This document shows, in pieces, positions 52,424-63,133 of a stretch of 64,000 nucleotides of DNA (within the stretch, counting starts at the first letter, position 1; each line of letters opens with the position of its first letter). The stretch is taken from positions 1 to 64,000 of the forward strand of contig CAXBME010000007.1 in the NCBI GenBank assembly GCA_963976765.1, written 5' to 3'. A model generated the notes under the pieces. The model saw nothing but the letters and a program-made list of their open reading frames with translations, did no database searches and was not told the DNA's origin. This DNA comes from an uncultured Planctomycetaceae bacterium. GTDB lineage: Bacteria; Planctomycetota; Planctomycetia; Planctomycetales; Planctomycetaceae. The position numbers were made by a program, and so were the translations under genes.

Positions 52424-54742
52424 TTATTCGATCAGAGCATCCTTGTTTCGCTCAAGGTGTGCGTACCACCGATCGACGGCGACCTTTCTCTGGTTTGACG
52501 GGTTGATTGGTCGGTAGTCGTAACGCTGACCGGTCAGTCGATAAATCTGATCGAACGCGAGCTGCCGAATCACCAGGTTATCGTGACCGAGCCAGTCGAC
52601 CAGCAATTTTGACGTGGCCGGGTTGCGAGCGTCGTCGTCGTTGTAGCCCCAAAGGAGTCGGTAAATTGTGTCGATTTCGCCGATCGGGAAATGTTTCTGC
52701 AAGGCAGCTCGCAGAGTTTCACGGTTTTCTGGAGCCGCTGGCAGCCACCGTCGCAGGCCGGTAATTGCGGCACTGCGTGCTTCCAGAAATTCAGCTTCGG
52801 CCAAAACCTGCACCAGTTGGTCGTACATGCCGACTGTGACCATCGATTGCACAGCGAGTTCCGAGATCGCCGGAATTCGGGATTTCACAATCGACGGAAT
52901 GCTGTCTCGCAGAGGCTGTTCGATGTCGATCTCTTTTTCAAAGCGGCTGGCGTAGCGTCGCTGTGTTGACGTGATTCCTGCGTGGCTTGGATCAAGCCAG
53001 TCGGGGACAGTTAACAGTGGAGGGCGATCGCCTCTGTCAACCATTGCGCGGAGATCGACAGGAGTGAGAGGGAACCAGGACGGTCCGGTCAGAGGAACGT
53101 CGCCAGCCAGCTTTCCGACGAAATTGATTCGGCCCTCGACAACAAACAGGTTTCCGGTGTAGCGGTCTTCTCCGAGTTCTTTCTCGAAAGCGTTGGCTTC
53201 GACGGTCGTCAATTCCACTCCACACCGAGTCGTTGAGGTACGCAATGTCAGCCGGCATGGTTCGTCGATCAATTGAAGACCGATGACGACTGACTCGGTA
53301 TTGGTCTCCGGCGACCGCCGTTGCAGGCTGATTCGCCCGGACACGAGTTTCAGCGAGACGTGTTCATCTTTGGTGGCTCCGAGAAATTCGATGACCGCCC
53401 CGCCGTGAAGCTCGATTAACAGATCCAAAGAACTGACTTCCAGTATCGCCGAAAACGGTTCCAGCGTCGCAACACGGTCGCCAGGCCGGATGACGGTTCG
53501 GTGTGGCATGACGAGCCAGTTGTCCCCTGACTTGTGTGCGAGAATTCCTTCTCGGGATGTGTAGAGCACTTCGGGAGCCGGGACCGTCGGCGTGGCGGTG
53601 ACTTCTGGACTTGTTGTCGTTTCAGGTGGAATTGCCGCCGGCGTCAGCGGCGATGTTGTCGAAGGAGCAGAGACTGACGAACCGACAAGTACAGGAGCGG
53701 TTGTCGCCGTCACGGAAGCTCCTGCTGTTGGCACGGGGCGTTCGGGAAGTATTGGAACGTCTGGTTCGGGGGAAGTGCTCGCCACCTGCGTCCCCGATGG
53801 TGCCGGGGCAGTAGGATTGGGAAGCGGTGCCACCGTCGCTACGGGTCGCACGGCAGGATCAAATCCATCAAGTTCAGAAATGCTGCGAGGAGGCTTGTTG
53901 GCAGAAACGACTTCCGGATCAATCTGCTCATCAGGCCTCGGCTCAGCGATCGCGGGTGTCGTGGCGGTGCCTTGCCCGGACGATTCCGATGTCGGATTGC
54001 CAGACTGCTCGGCGCTCAATGTTTCACCAGCCGACGAGCCTGCGTCGACGGTGTTGTTGCTCTGGCCGAGCTGTGCAACGGTGTTTCCGTTGTCCGACGG
54101 CTTGCCGAATGGAGTCGTTGGATCGAGATAGACGACACACAGCCAGACCGCTCCAACCAGAACACCGACGGCGACAGGCGCCATGCGCCGCCAGAGCGGC
54201 ACTGGTCTCAGGTAGTCGGGGATCGAGCTTGTGAATGAATCGGCGTTCGAATCTTCGACCTTCGCAGGCGGACGTTTGGAGACGGTGACTGTGGAATCAG
54301 AGCCTGCTTTTGAGTTGCCTTCTGCCAGAGCGTGGCCGTTCGCCCCGGTCGGCTTTGGCGACGGCCCGAGCGCGTACATCCGCTCGCGAGTTCGCATGGG
54401 CACGTCCACCGGTTCGCCGAGCACCAGCGTCAGGATCTGATGGCTGGCGGCGACTTCGGCGAGATGCACGTCTGAGTCGAGACAGACTTTCTCGACGTCT
54501 GCAACCGCGTCCGGTTCCAGCGTGTTGTCGAGATACTCGGCGACCGAGTTTGGATCGAGCCCGCCGGATGGACTCTTAGCATCCGGAGCGGTCAGCCGTC
54601 TCCTTCGCATGACTTCTCGAATTCGGTCGACCAAAGCCGATGCGTAACCGCTTTCGCTGATCTTTTCGCCAATCTCGCGAGCCTGCGCCGGTTCGAGAAG
54701 ATCGTCCAGGTAGGCCAGCAATGTTCGAAGTGTGAGTCGCAT
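52424..54742 (-). CDS. Planctomycete single-pass membrane protein with an anti-sigma-like N-terminus
   Basis: LLAYLDD and VAEYLDNTL tandem motifs, one TM helix, Pro/Thr linker, beta-rich then helical-repeat C-terminus. Confidence 0.7.
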   Translation of the reverse strand: MRLTLRTLLAYLDDLLEPAQAREIGEKISESGYASALVDRIREVMRRRRLTAPDAKSPSGGLDPNSVAEYLDNTLEPDAVADVEKVCLDSDVHLAEVAASHQILTLVLGEPVDVPMRTRERMYALGPSPKPTGANGHALAEGNSKAGSDSTVTVSKRPPAKVEDSNADSFTSSIPDYLRPVPLWRRMAPVAVGVLVGAVWLCVVYLDPTTPFGKPSDNGNTVAQLGQSNNTVDAGSSAGETLSAEQSGNPTSESSGQGTATTPAIAEPRPDEQIDPEVVSANKPPRSISELDGFDPAVRPVATVAPLPNPTAPAPSGTQVASTSPEPDVPILPERPVPTAGASVTATTAPVLVGSSVSAPSTTSPLTPAAIPPETTTSPEVTATPTVPAPEVLYTSREGILAHKSGDNWLVMPHRTVIRPGDRVATLEPFSAILEVSSLDLLIELHGGAVIEFLGATKDEHVSLKLVSGRISLQRRSPETNTESVVIGLQLIDEPCRLTLRTSTTRCGVELTTVEANAFEKELGEDRYTGNLFVVEGRINFVGKLAGDVPLTGPSWFPLTPVDLRAMVDRGDRPPLLTVPDWLDPSHAGITSTQRRYASRFEKEIDIEQPLRDSIPSIVKSRIPAISELAVQSMVTVGMYDQLVQVLAEAEFLEARSAAITGLRRWLPAAPENRETLRAALQKHFPIGEIDTIYRLLWGYNDDDARNPATSKLLVDWLGHDNLVIRQLAFDQIYRLTGQRYDYRPINPSNQRKVAVDRWYAHLERNKDALIE

Positions 54743-55091
54743 GGTTTCAGTTCCGCATCCGCAGAAAAGTCAGAGTGTATCTGTGCCAAAACGTCGCCGA
54801 TCACGACGCTTCAGAAATAAGAGTGGGAATCTGTCACGAATTCCGTACAGGAAACTGTGACAATTTCAGATTTTTGTCAGATCCAAAGACTGACGCCGGA
54901 ATGGCACGCTGGCTCTGCTACGCTGGAAAGTCGCATGACCTGTTGTCGATGCGTTTTTTATCAGTTAACGTCTTTCAGCTTCGGCTTGCCGGATGCATCA
55001 CCTCGATACTGTTTCCAGCTCTCGCGAATTGCGAACCAGCCTCCGAGTCAGGGAGTCCTCGCGGTTCACGACTGGCCACGGAAGGTCGTTC

Positions 55092-57758
55092 ATGGCCGCA
55101 CCTGCGGACAGGCTGCAATCTCAGCGTCACTGGCAGAACCATCAACAGTCGCCGGTTGTGGTAGTGCTTCGCTCGCGGCCTTCTCCGAAGTGTGCTGATC
55201 GAGCTGGTTTGACAACGACGCTGGCCTTCCTGCTGGCAACCTTCCTGCTGACTCCTGTGGGGCCAGGGCGGGCGGTTACGGCGGCGGAACTGGCCGAATG
55301 TCGTGAAATGCTGATTCACGGCGACTACGAAACGTGCATCCACGCGACGCATGAGGCAATCACAAAGAATCGATACGGCGAATCGTGGCCGTTGATTAAA
55401 GCTCAGGCCGAAGCGGCCAGCGGTCAGTTCGATGCTTCGTTAATGACCGTCGCCAACGGGCTACGACGTTACTCATGGAGTATCCGGCTGAGATGGCTCG
55501 CGCGCGAAGCATCGCTTCGAAGCGGTCGTGTTGAACTCGCCGACGCCCTGCTGACCGAAATCCGCACGCTGGTTAAACAGTTTTCCTGGCGATACACCGA
55601 CGCGGAAGAGATCGTGATTCTCGGACTGATCGATCAGCTCGACGGTCGGGACGCGCGAGAGATCCTCGATGAGCGTTTCGAGAAAGCGAAACTTCGCAGC
55701 CGCACCAGTCGCGAGCCGTGGCTGGCGATCGGGAATCTCGCTCTCAACAAAAATGACGATGCTCTTGCGGCGGATAATTTCAGAACCGCGTTGGAATTGT
55801 TTCCCGACGATCCGGATTTAGTTTCCGGACTCGCGCGAGCGATCGCGTCTTCCGATCGTCAGGCAGCGATGGTCGGAATTGAGGCGGCTCTCAAGGCGAA
55901 TCCGAAGCACATTCCGAGTCTCCTGTTTCAGGTCGACGGCCTGATAGACGCCGAGCAGTACGATGCGGCGATCAAGTTACTCGACCGTGTTCACGCGATC
56001 GATTCTCTGGAACCGGACGCCTGGGCGTATCGAGCGGTTATCGCGCATCTGACAAACGACCTTCGAGGAGAAGTCATCTGCCGCGACAAAGCCCTCGCCC
56101 GGTGGACGACTAACCCTCGCATCGACCACCTGATTGGTCGCAAGCTTTCTCAGCATTATCGTTTCCGTGAAGGAGCGGCCTACCAGCGGAAATCGTTGGC
56201 ACTCAAGGCGAACTTTGCACCCGCTCAACGACAGCTTGCCGACGACCTGTTGCGTCTCGGTGAGGAAGTTGAAGGTTGGAAAGTTGCCCACGAGGCGTAC
56301 GATTCCGACAGCTACAACGTCGCGACTTACAATCTGCTCGAACTCCACGATGAACTTGGAAAGTTCACCACGCTGCAGGACGACTCGTTTACTCTGCGGA
56401 TGGAAACGGTTGAGTCGAAACTGTACGGAGCTGAAGTGCTCGCGCTGCTGCATCGTGCCAAACAAACTCTCTGCGCGAAGTACGGCCTTGAGTTGAAGGA
56501 TCGAGTCACGGTCGAAGTTTTTCCGAACGAAGACGACTTCGCGGTTCGTACGTTCGGCATGCCGGCTGTTTCGGGTTATCTGGGTGTTTGCTTCGGCCGA
56601 GTTATCACGGCCAACAGCCCGGCGTCGCGTCGCGATAATCCCTCGAACTGGGAAGCCGTCCTGTGGCACGAGTTCTGTCATGTTGTGACACTTGAGCTGA
56701 CTCAAAACAGAATCCCACGCTGGCTGAGCGAAGGCATCTCCGTCTACGAAGAGCTTCAGGAAAACGCATCGTGGGGACAGCGGATGGACCCTCGATCTCG
56801 CGAGCACATTCTCGATGACGGCCTCACTCCATTAAGCGAACTCAGCAGCGCCTTCATGAGGCCGGAAAGCAGCTGGCATCTACAGTTTGCGTATTTCGAA
56901 TCGGCAATGGCTGTCGACTTTCTTGTCCAGAACTTCGGCATTGAATCCTTGCGAGCGGTTCTGGGCGATCTGAAATCCGGGTTACCAGTCAACGTGGCGC
57001 TGGACCGACGCTGTGATGCACTGTCGGAACTCGAAACTCGTTTCGAAGCGTTTGCGAAGAAGCGGGCACAGTCGCTCGCGCCGGGTGCCGATTGGGAAAA
57101 GCCTGATCTGGAAAATCTGCCTGCTGAGAACGACGGAGGGCTGGAAGCCTGGGTGAAGGAGCATCCAAAGAATTTCGTCGGTCAGATGACACTGGCCCAG
57201 CAGCAGCTTGCCGCTAAGAAGTGGAGTGCCGCTGAGCCCACACTTCGACAACTGATCGAGATCTACCCAACTTACATCGGCGGTGATAATGCTTACGAGC
57301 GTCTGGCGAGCGTCTATCAGAAGCTCGGTCGTCCTGTCGACGAACGGGAAATTCTCGAACAGTTTGCATCGATCAGTGACGACGCCGTGCTGGCCAATCT
57401 GAGACTGATTGAACTTCAAACCGAAGCATCCGACTGGTCAGCCCTTGAGCAAACAGCTGCCCGACTGTTCGCGATCGATCCGCTGCTCGAACAATCACAT
57501 TCGACGCGAGCGGTCGTCGCCGAGAAACGAAACCAGCCAGCCGTCGCCGCAAGAGCACTCAGTCGGTTGCTGCTGCTTGAACCTGACGATCCGGCTGATA
57601 TCCATTTTCGACTGGCACAATCTCTGCACGCTCAAGGGAAACTGGCAGAAGCGAAACGGCAAACACTGAAGGCACTGGAAGAAGCTCCACGATACCGGGA
57701 TGCTCATCGGTTGTTGATTAAACTCGTGCGGCAGGAACAGCCGGAGCAATCGCCATAA
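55092..57758 (+). CDS. TPR-repeat protein with a peptidase MA-like (HExxH) domain
   Basis: TPR helices; VLWHEFCHV...PRWLSEGIS zincin motif. Start uncertain (54993-55209). Confidence 0.8.
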   Translation: MAAPADRLQSQRHWQNHQQSPVVVVLRSRPSPKCADRAGLTTTLAFLLATFLLTPVGPGRAVTAAELAECREMLIHGDYETCIHATHEAITKNRYGESWPLIKAQAEAASGQFDASLMTVANGLRRYSWSIRLRWLAREASLRSGRVELADALLTEIRTLVKQFSWRYTDAEEIVILGLIDQLDGRDAREILDERFEKAKLRSRTSREPWLAIGNLALNKNDDALAADNFRTALELFPDDPDLVSGLARAIASSDRQAAMVGIEAALKANPKHIPSLLFQVDGLIDAEQYDAAIKLLDRVHAIDSLEPDAWAYRAVIAHLTNDLRGEVICRDKALARWTTNPRIDHLIGRKLSQHYRFREGAAYQRKSLALKANFAPAQRQLADDLLRLGEEVEGWKVAHEAYDSDSYNVATYNLLELHDELGKFTTLQDDSFTLRMETVESKLYGAEVLALLHRAKQTLCAKYGLELKDRVTVEVFPNEDDFAVRTFGMPAVSGYLGVCFGRVITANSPASRRDNPSNWEAVLWHEFCHVVTLELTQNRIPRWLSEGISVYEELQENASWGQRMDPRSREHILDDGLTPLSELSSAFMRPESSWHLQFAYFESAMAVDFLVQNFGIESLRAVLGDLKSGLPVNVALDRRCDALSELETRFEAFAKKRAQSLAPGADWEKPDLENLPAENDGGLEAWVKEHPKNFVGQMTLAQQQLAAKKWSAAEPTLRQLIEIYPTYIGGDNAYERLASVYQKLGRPVDEREILEQFASISDDAVLANLRLIELQTEASDWSALEQTAARLFAIDPLLEQSHSTRAVVAEKRNQPAVAARALSRLLLLEPDDPADIHFRLAQSLHAQGKLAEAKRQTLKALEEAPRYRDAHRLLIKLVRQEQPEQSP

Positions 57759-57780
57759 AGACAGCAGGGGAAGAGTTAAG

Positions 57781-57838
57781 GTAGGGTGGGTACTACCCAC
57801 CACATGTGAATACTTTCTGGTGGGCAGTGTCCGCCCTG
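57781..57838. repeat. GTAG-type REP doublet
   Basis: gtagggtgggtactacccacc ... ggtgggcagtgtccgccctg. Confidence 0.7.
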
Positions 57839-57860
57839 TTTGAATTGCAACGAGGCCGCG

Positions 57861-58751
57861 ATGAACTCGTCACCCAACATGCCGCACAAGGATGGCTCGC
57901 GACCTCGTACCTCAACACCTCTCCTGGCTGTCTTAATTGTTCTGATCGTCGGCGGAACGTTTCTCTGGCAGGCCAGCGACTCGACCGAAGCTCAACCCTG
58001 GCGGCGGCGAGCCTTCGATCCGAACGCCAGGCCCGACCGTAACGGCGTTCCAGACTGGGAAGTCGATCCGCGTTTCAAAGATGACGTCTTCACTTTCGTC
58101 CGGCTGAAGTACAACGCGTATCGAGGCCGCGGCGGCGGCTGGCAAACCGACTATCCGGATGCCGATCTGAACTTCGCGTTTCGCCTGCAGCAGCTCACGT
58201 CGATGAAAGTCGATCCGGACGGAAAGATTCTTGAGATCACCGATCCCAAACTCTTCGACTACCCGTGGGTTTACATGATCGAACCCGGCGGTATCTCGCT
58301 GAGCGAAGAAGAAACAGCCACGCTGCGGCGATACCTGCTCAACGGTGGCTTCATGATGGTCGACGATTTCTGGGGCGAGGCCGAATGGTATGACTTTTAC
58401 GATGCCATCAAGCAGGTCTTCCCCGACCGGGAACCCATCGAACTTCCGTACGAGCACCCGATCTTTCACTGCGTCTACGATCTGCCGAACAAACCGCAGA
58501 TTCCGAGCCTGAATGCGGCTCAGGCCGGGCGTGCGCAGGGCATCACCTGGGAAAGACCCGACGCTCAGGAAGTCCACTACAAAGGCATCTTCGACGACAA
58601 AGGGCGGATGATGGTCATGATCTGCCACAACACAGATCTTGGCGACGGCTGGGAACGCGAAGGTCTGGACCCGTGGTACTTCAAAGAGTTCTCAGAAAAG
58701 CTGGCGTACCCGCTGGGCATCAACATCGTGTTTTATGCCATGACACATTGA
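57861..58751 (+). CDS. DUF4159 domain protein
   Basis: WQTDYPDAD, GGFMMVDDFWG, HPIFH, NTDLGDGWE and GINIVFYAMTH motifs. Confidence 0.88.
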   Translation: MNSSPNMPHKDGSRPRTSTPLLAVLIVLIVGGTFLWQASDSTEAQPWRRRAFDPNARPDRNGVPDWEVDPRFKDDVFTFVRLKYNAYRGRGGGWQTDYPDADLNFAFRLQQLTSMKVDPDGKILEITDPKLFDYPWVYMIEPGGISLSEEETATLRRYLLNGGFMMVDDFWGEAEWYDFYDAIKQVFPDREPIELPYEHPIFHCVYDLPNKPQIPSLNAAQAGRAQGITWERPDAQEVHYKGIFDDKGRMMVMICHNTDLGDGWEREGLDPWYFKEFSEKLAYPLGINIVFYAMTH

Positions 58752-58754
58752 AAC

Positions 58755-58818
58755 GAAGGGTGCGTCGTGGCGCATCAGCCGCTGCCAACACCACACGGTG
58801 CGTCGAGACGCACCCTAC
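58755..58818. repeat. GTAG-type REP doublet
   Basis: gaagggtgcgtcgtggcgcatc ... ggtgcgtcgagacgcaccctac. Confidence 0.7.
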
Positions 58819-58843
58819 AGCTACAGTACTTTGCAACAATGGA

Positions 58844-59866
58844 ATGAAAAGAATGAGTTCTGAAACTGCCGCTGACCCGGACGAACAACGACGCATTGTT
58901 GAGATGCTGCGGGGAGCTCGTACGCAGATTTTTTCTGAGCTGAGAAAAGTCATCATCGGCCAGGAAGACGTGATCGAGCAGTTGCTGCTGGCGATGTTTG
59001 CCGGTGGGCATTGCCTGATTACCGGTGCCCCGGGGCTGGCGAAGACGCTGCTGGTTCAGTCGGTCGCCGATCTGTTTCATCTGAAGTTTGCGAGGATTCA
59101 GTTCACGCCGGATCTCATGCCGGCAGACATTACTGGGACGGAGATTCTCGAACAGGATGAAAACGGCCAGCGCAGGATGGTCTTTGTGCCGGGGCCGATT
59201 TTTGCCAATGTCATCCTCGCCGACGAGATCAACCGAACGCCGCCGAAGACGCAATCGGCCATGCTCGAAGCCATGCAGGAGCACCAGGTCACGGCCGCTG
59301 GCAAACGCATGAAACTCGAAGAACCGTTTTTTGTGCTTGCCACGCAAAACCCGATCGAAATGGAGGGGACGTATCCGCTGCCCGAAGCTCAGCTCGACCG
59401 ATTCATGTTCAACGTCTTTGTCGACTACCTGCCTGAAGACGAGGAAGTTGCCGTCGTCACTCAGACGACCTCGGGCGATAAAGCGAAGCTTCAGCCGCTG
59501 TTTTCCGGAAGCGACCTCGTTAACTTTCGCTCGATCGTTCAATCCGTGCCAATCGCCGAAGACGTCGCGCGGTACGCAGTCCGGTTGGCAGCGACTTCTC
59601 GTCCGCATCAGGCGGCGACTCCGGAGTTCATCAACGAATGGGTGAGCTGGGGAGCCGGCCTTCGAGCAGGCCAGTACCTGGTGCTCGGGGCGAAGGTCAA
59701 AGCACTGCTCGACGGAAAGTCACACGTCAGTATCGACGACATCCGCTACGTCGCTCACCCGGTGCTTCGGCACAGAATTCTCGTCAACTATCGCGCCGAA
59801 GCCGACGGCATTTCCACAGAGCAGGTGATAGACCGACTCCTCGAAACCGTACAGCCACCGAGTTAG
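58844..59866 (+). CDS. MoxR-family AAA+ ATPase
   Basis: GAPGLAKT, RIQFTPDLMPAD, DEINR and ATQNPIE...YPLPEAQLDRF motifs. Confidence 0.95.
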   Translation: MKRMSSETAADPDEQRRIVEMLRGARTQIFSELRKVIIGQEDVIEQLLLAMFAGGHCLITGAPGLAKTLLVQSVADLFHLKFARIQFTPDLMPADITGTEILEQDENGQRRMVFVPGPIFANVILADEINRTPPKTQSAMLEAMQEHQVTAAGKRMKLEEPFFVLATQNPIEMEGTYPLPEAQLDRFMFNVFVDYLPEDEEVAVVTQTTSGDKAKLQPLFSGSDLVNFRSIVQSVPIAEDVARYAVRLAATSRPHQAATPEFINEWVSWGAGLRAGQYLVLGAKVKALLDGKSHVSIDDIRYVAHPVLRHRILVNYRAEADGISTEQVIDRLLETVQPPS

Positions 59867-59880
59867 AGGCTTAATAAAAT

Positions 59881-59963
59881 GCAGGCTGGAACAAGCTCCG
59901 CGCCGTTCCGGCAGAAAACCAATCGTGCCTTGCCGGAACGGCGCGGAGCTTGTTCCTGCCTAC
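59881..59963. repeat. Long REP-like palindrome
   Basis: 33-nt arms with a perfect 26-bp core ggaacaagctccgcgccgttccggca; one end is GTAG. Confidence 0.85.
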
Positions 59964-59982
59964 TTGTCGAGTCGAAATTACA

Positions 59983-60942
59983 ATGCCTTCTCAGCAATCG
60001 TCATCATTCGGACGTCACGCCGATCCCGCAGTGCTCATGCGGATTCGGTCGCTGGAGTTGCGAGTGAAGGCAGTCATGGAAGGCTTTTTCAACGGATTGC
60101 ACCGATCGCCGTTTCATGGGTTTTCGGTCGAGTTCAGCGCGTATCGGCAATACTCGGACGGTGATGACCCTCGTTATCTGGACTGGAAAGTCGCGGCCAG
60201 GTCCGACCGCTACTACATCAAACTCTACGAAGACGAAACCAATCTTCGTTGCAACCTGCTGGTCGACAACAGCCGGTCGATGAGTTTCGGCAGCCTCGGC
60301 TACACGAAGGCCGACTATGCAAAGACGCTGGCGGCGTGTCTGGCCTGGGCGTTGACTCAGCAGCGCGACGCGGCGGGGCTGATCGTGTTTGACGAGGACG
60401 TTGAAGACATTATCCCGGCTCGCTTTCGTCATGGGCAGCTGCGGCAGATTCTGGTGACGCTGGAGAAGGCAGAGCAGGGATCATCGACCGATCTGACGAA
60501 GCCGCTGGAACGAGTCGCCGGACAGGTTCGCAAACGTGGGCTGGTCGTCTTGATTTCCGACCTGCTTGCCCCCGTAGACGGACTGGAGCGAAATCTTGGG
60601 TACCTCGCGGCAGCCGGTCACGAACTGGTCGTGTTTCAGATTCTCGACCCGCAGGAACTGAATTTCGAATTCGACGCCCCTGCACTTTTCCAGGATATGG
60701 AATCCGGCCAGGAGCTTTACGTTGATCCGAACTCGGCGCGGCAGCAGTACCAGGAGCGACTTCAAAAACATCTGACACAGGTTCAAACGACGTGCGAAAA
60801 ACTCGGCGCGATCTACGAACTCTGTTCGACGGATCGGCCGCTGGAGATTGCCCTGTCTGAATTCATGCTCCGTCGTCAGAAAATGAAGGCAGGATCGGCT
60901 CGGATTCCGCAGCGACGCTCGCCAGCAGGGAGGTCTGCATGA
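59983..60942 (+). CDS. DUF58 (vWA-like) protein
   Basis: GLHRSPFHGFSVEF, RYLDWK, DNSRSM and LISD motifs. Confidence 0.92.
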   Translation: MPSQQSSSFGRHADPAVLMRIRSLELRVKAVMEGFFNGLHRSPFHGFSVEFSAYRQYSDGDDPRYLDWKVAARSDRYYIKLYEDETNLRCNLLVDNSRSMSFGSLGYTKADYAKTLAACLAWALTQQRDAAGLIVFDEDVEDIIPARFRHGQLRQILVTLEKAEQGSSTDLTKPLERVAGQVRKRGLVVLISDLLAPVDGLERNLGYLAAAGHELVVFQILDPQELNFEFDAPALFQDMESGQELYVDPNSARQQYQERLQKHLTQVQTTCEKLGAIYELCSTDRPLEIALSEFMLRRQKMKAGSARIPQRRSPAGRSA

Positions 60943-63050
60943 GCTTTCTTGCTCCGCTGTACCTTGCCGGTCTGGCCGCCATCGGACTGCCGATCCTGTT
61001 TCACATGATCCGGCGAACGCCCAGGGGCAAGGTTCCGTTCAGCACGCTGATGTTTCTCGAAGCGTCTCCGCCGAAAGTCACAAGCCGATCAAAAATCGAA
61101 CACTGGCTGCTGCTTCTGCTGCGTGCGGCCGCGTTGATTCTGCTGGCTCTGGCATTTTCCAGACCGTTCATGCGGCAGAGCGAGGAACAGACTGTCAATG
61201 CGGAAGCGAAACGCCGCGCGATTCTGGTCGACGTCAGCGCGAGCATGAGACGCGACGGACTTTGGGAGCAGGCAACTCAAAAAGTCGACGCACTTCTGAA
61301 AGACGTCAAGCCGGACGATTCGGTCGGGCTGTTCGTCTTTGATCAGGAGTTGCTGCCGCTGCTCTCTTTCGAAGAGTGGTCCGGGTTGCAGACTGGTCAT
61401 CAGATCAACGTTGCCCAGGAACGGCTTAAAGATGTGACCCCCGGCTGGATGGGGACAAATTTAGGCGCCGTCCTGCCCGAAGCTGTCGCAGCAGCGTTGG
61501 ACGAGGCCGGCGAAAAAGCGGGAAGTCGGGCGACGGAAATTGTTGTCATCACCGACCTGCAACGCGGAAGCCGTATCGAAGGTTTGCAGACTTTCGAATG
61601 GCCGGAGTCACTGACGGTCGAAATTCAACGGCTTGAGGCAAAGACGACCGGAAACGCGTCGGTGCAGGTTGTCGGAAGTATCGATCAGAAATCTGAATTG
61701 CGAGTCCGAGTCGACAATGTCGTCGATTCTCCAAACGAGCGGTTTAAGGTCGAAGCAGCCAGCGTTGCGAAGGGTGACTCAGGGGCGGAGCCGTCCCCAC
61801 TGGCCGGCAGAGTGCAGGATGTGGATGTGCCGCCGGAACAGAATCGGGTTGTCCTGTTCAAGAATGTCGTCGGCACGACGAAGCCGATTGTTGTTTCGTT
61901 AAGCGGCGACGAAGACAGCTTCGACAATCAAGCCTGGTACGTCAGGCCGCAAACGTCGCGCGTGCCGGTGCTTTATCGAGGCGACGGTTCTTCGAGTGAT
62001 CCGAACGAACTTCGTTACTACCTCGAACGGGCATTTCTGCCGACACCAGCTCGGGAAATTGACTTCTACGCCGAGAGCGATGGCAACGTTCCCGACGAAA
62101 GCTGGATGACCGGGTTGTCAGTCGTAGCGACGAGACTCGATCTGGAACAGCTTCGTAAGTCGAGTAAAGCGGTCGAGGATGGCTGGACGCTGATCGTCGT
62201 TGGCTCGTCGCTCGATCTCTGTGAGCAGGCCTTCGAGATTGCCGGGACGGCTGCCCCGGATATTTCCGAAGCGAACGTCGAAGGGTACGCGATGCTTTCG
62301 GACGTTGATCTGGAACATCCGGTCTTCCAGCCGTTCAACGACGTCCGTCTGTCGGATTTCACGAAGCTGCCGATCTGGAAGCACCGAAACATCGACAGCA
62401 ACCTGCCAGAAAACGCCAGGGTGCTGGCGTCGCTGGATGGTCGTCGGCCTGCCATCGTCGAGCTGCCTCGCGGCAACGGTCGAGTCCTGTTGTTCACTTT
62501 CGGCTGGCACGACGCAGACAGTCAGTTCGTGTTATGGTCAAAGTTTGTACCGCTGATGAATTCGCTGGTCGACGACTTCGCCGGGACCAGCATTGAACCG
62601 CCGCGAGCGATCGTTGGTGATCGTTTTCCCGTTCGCACTGTCGCTGGTTCGGCAACGGGCGAGATGATCGTCACCGCTCCGTCAGGCCTGAAACAGGGTG
62701 TTGAACTTTCGTCGTCAGCGTTTTCAGTGTTGACCGAACCGGGGATCTACAGTTTCGCCTGGACAGATCGCGACGGACCAGGAACCGCCAGCATCGCGGC
62801 CAACCTGGACCCTCTGGAAAGCCGAACTGATGCGCTCGGGCTGGACGAAATTCGAGCGTTGGGCGTACCACTTCCGGACGTCGTCGAAGCTCGTTTGACG
62901 TCCGATGAAAAAAGACAATTACTGGCTCGCGAACTGGAGTCTCGACAGAGGTTCTGGCAGTGGGTCATCCTGATAGGGATCGTTCTGCTGCTGATTGAAA
63001 CGTGGCTGGCCGGACATCTCGCCAGCGGTGCGTCCCAAAATGAACCTTAA
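60939..63050 (+). CDS. BatA N-terminal + vWA domain membrane protein
   Basis: LPILFHM...FSTLMFL...LLLLR...ALAFSRP; DVSASM, ITD motifs; C-terminal W..L..ETWL. Confidence 0.88.
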   Translation: MSFLAPLYLAGLAAIGLPILFHMIRRTPRGKVPFSTLMFLEASPPKVTSRSKIEHWLLLLLRAAALILLALAFSRPFMRQSEEQTVNAEAKRRAILVDVSASMRRDGLWEQATQKVDALLKDVKPDDSVGLFVFDQELLPLLSFEEWSGLQTGHQINVAQERLKDVTPGWMGTNLGAVLPEAVAAALDEAGEKAGSRATEIVVITDLQRGSRIEGLQTFEWPESLTVEIQRLEAKTTGNASVQVVGSIDQKSELRVRVDNVVDSPNERFKVEAASVAKGDSGAEPSPLAGRVQDVDVPPEQNRVVLFKNVVGTTKPIVVSLSGDEDSFDNQAWYVRPQTSRVPVLYRGDGSSSDPNELRYYLERAFLPTPAREIDFYAESDGNVPDESWMTGLSVVATRLDLEQLRKSSKAVEDGWTLIVVGSSLDLCEQAFEIAGTAAPDISEANVEGYAMLSDVDLEHPVFQPFNDVRLSDFTKLPIWKHRNIDSNLPENARVLASLDGRRPAIVELPRGNGRVLLFTFGWHDADSQFVLWSKFVPLMNSLVDDFAGTSIEPPRAIVGDRFPVRTVAGSATGEMIVTAPSGLKQGVELSSSAFSVLTEPGIYSFAWTDRDGPGTASIAANLDPLESRTDALGLDEIRALGVPLPDVVEARLTSDEKRQLLARELESRQRFWQWVILIGIVLLLIETWLAGHLASGASQNEP

Positions 63051-63133
63051 CTTTGCGGAAGGGTGTGTCTTGACCCTTCGCTTGAGCTCGTCAACTGATT
63101 CCAGTTTTCAAAACGATTTTCGAGGCAGTCCGC

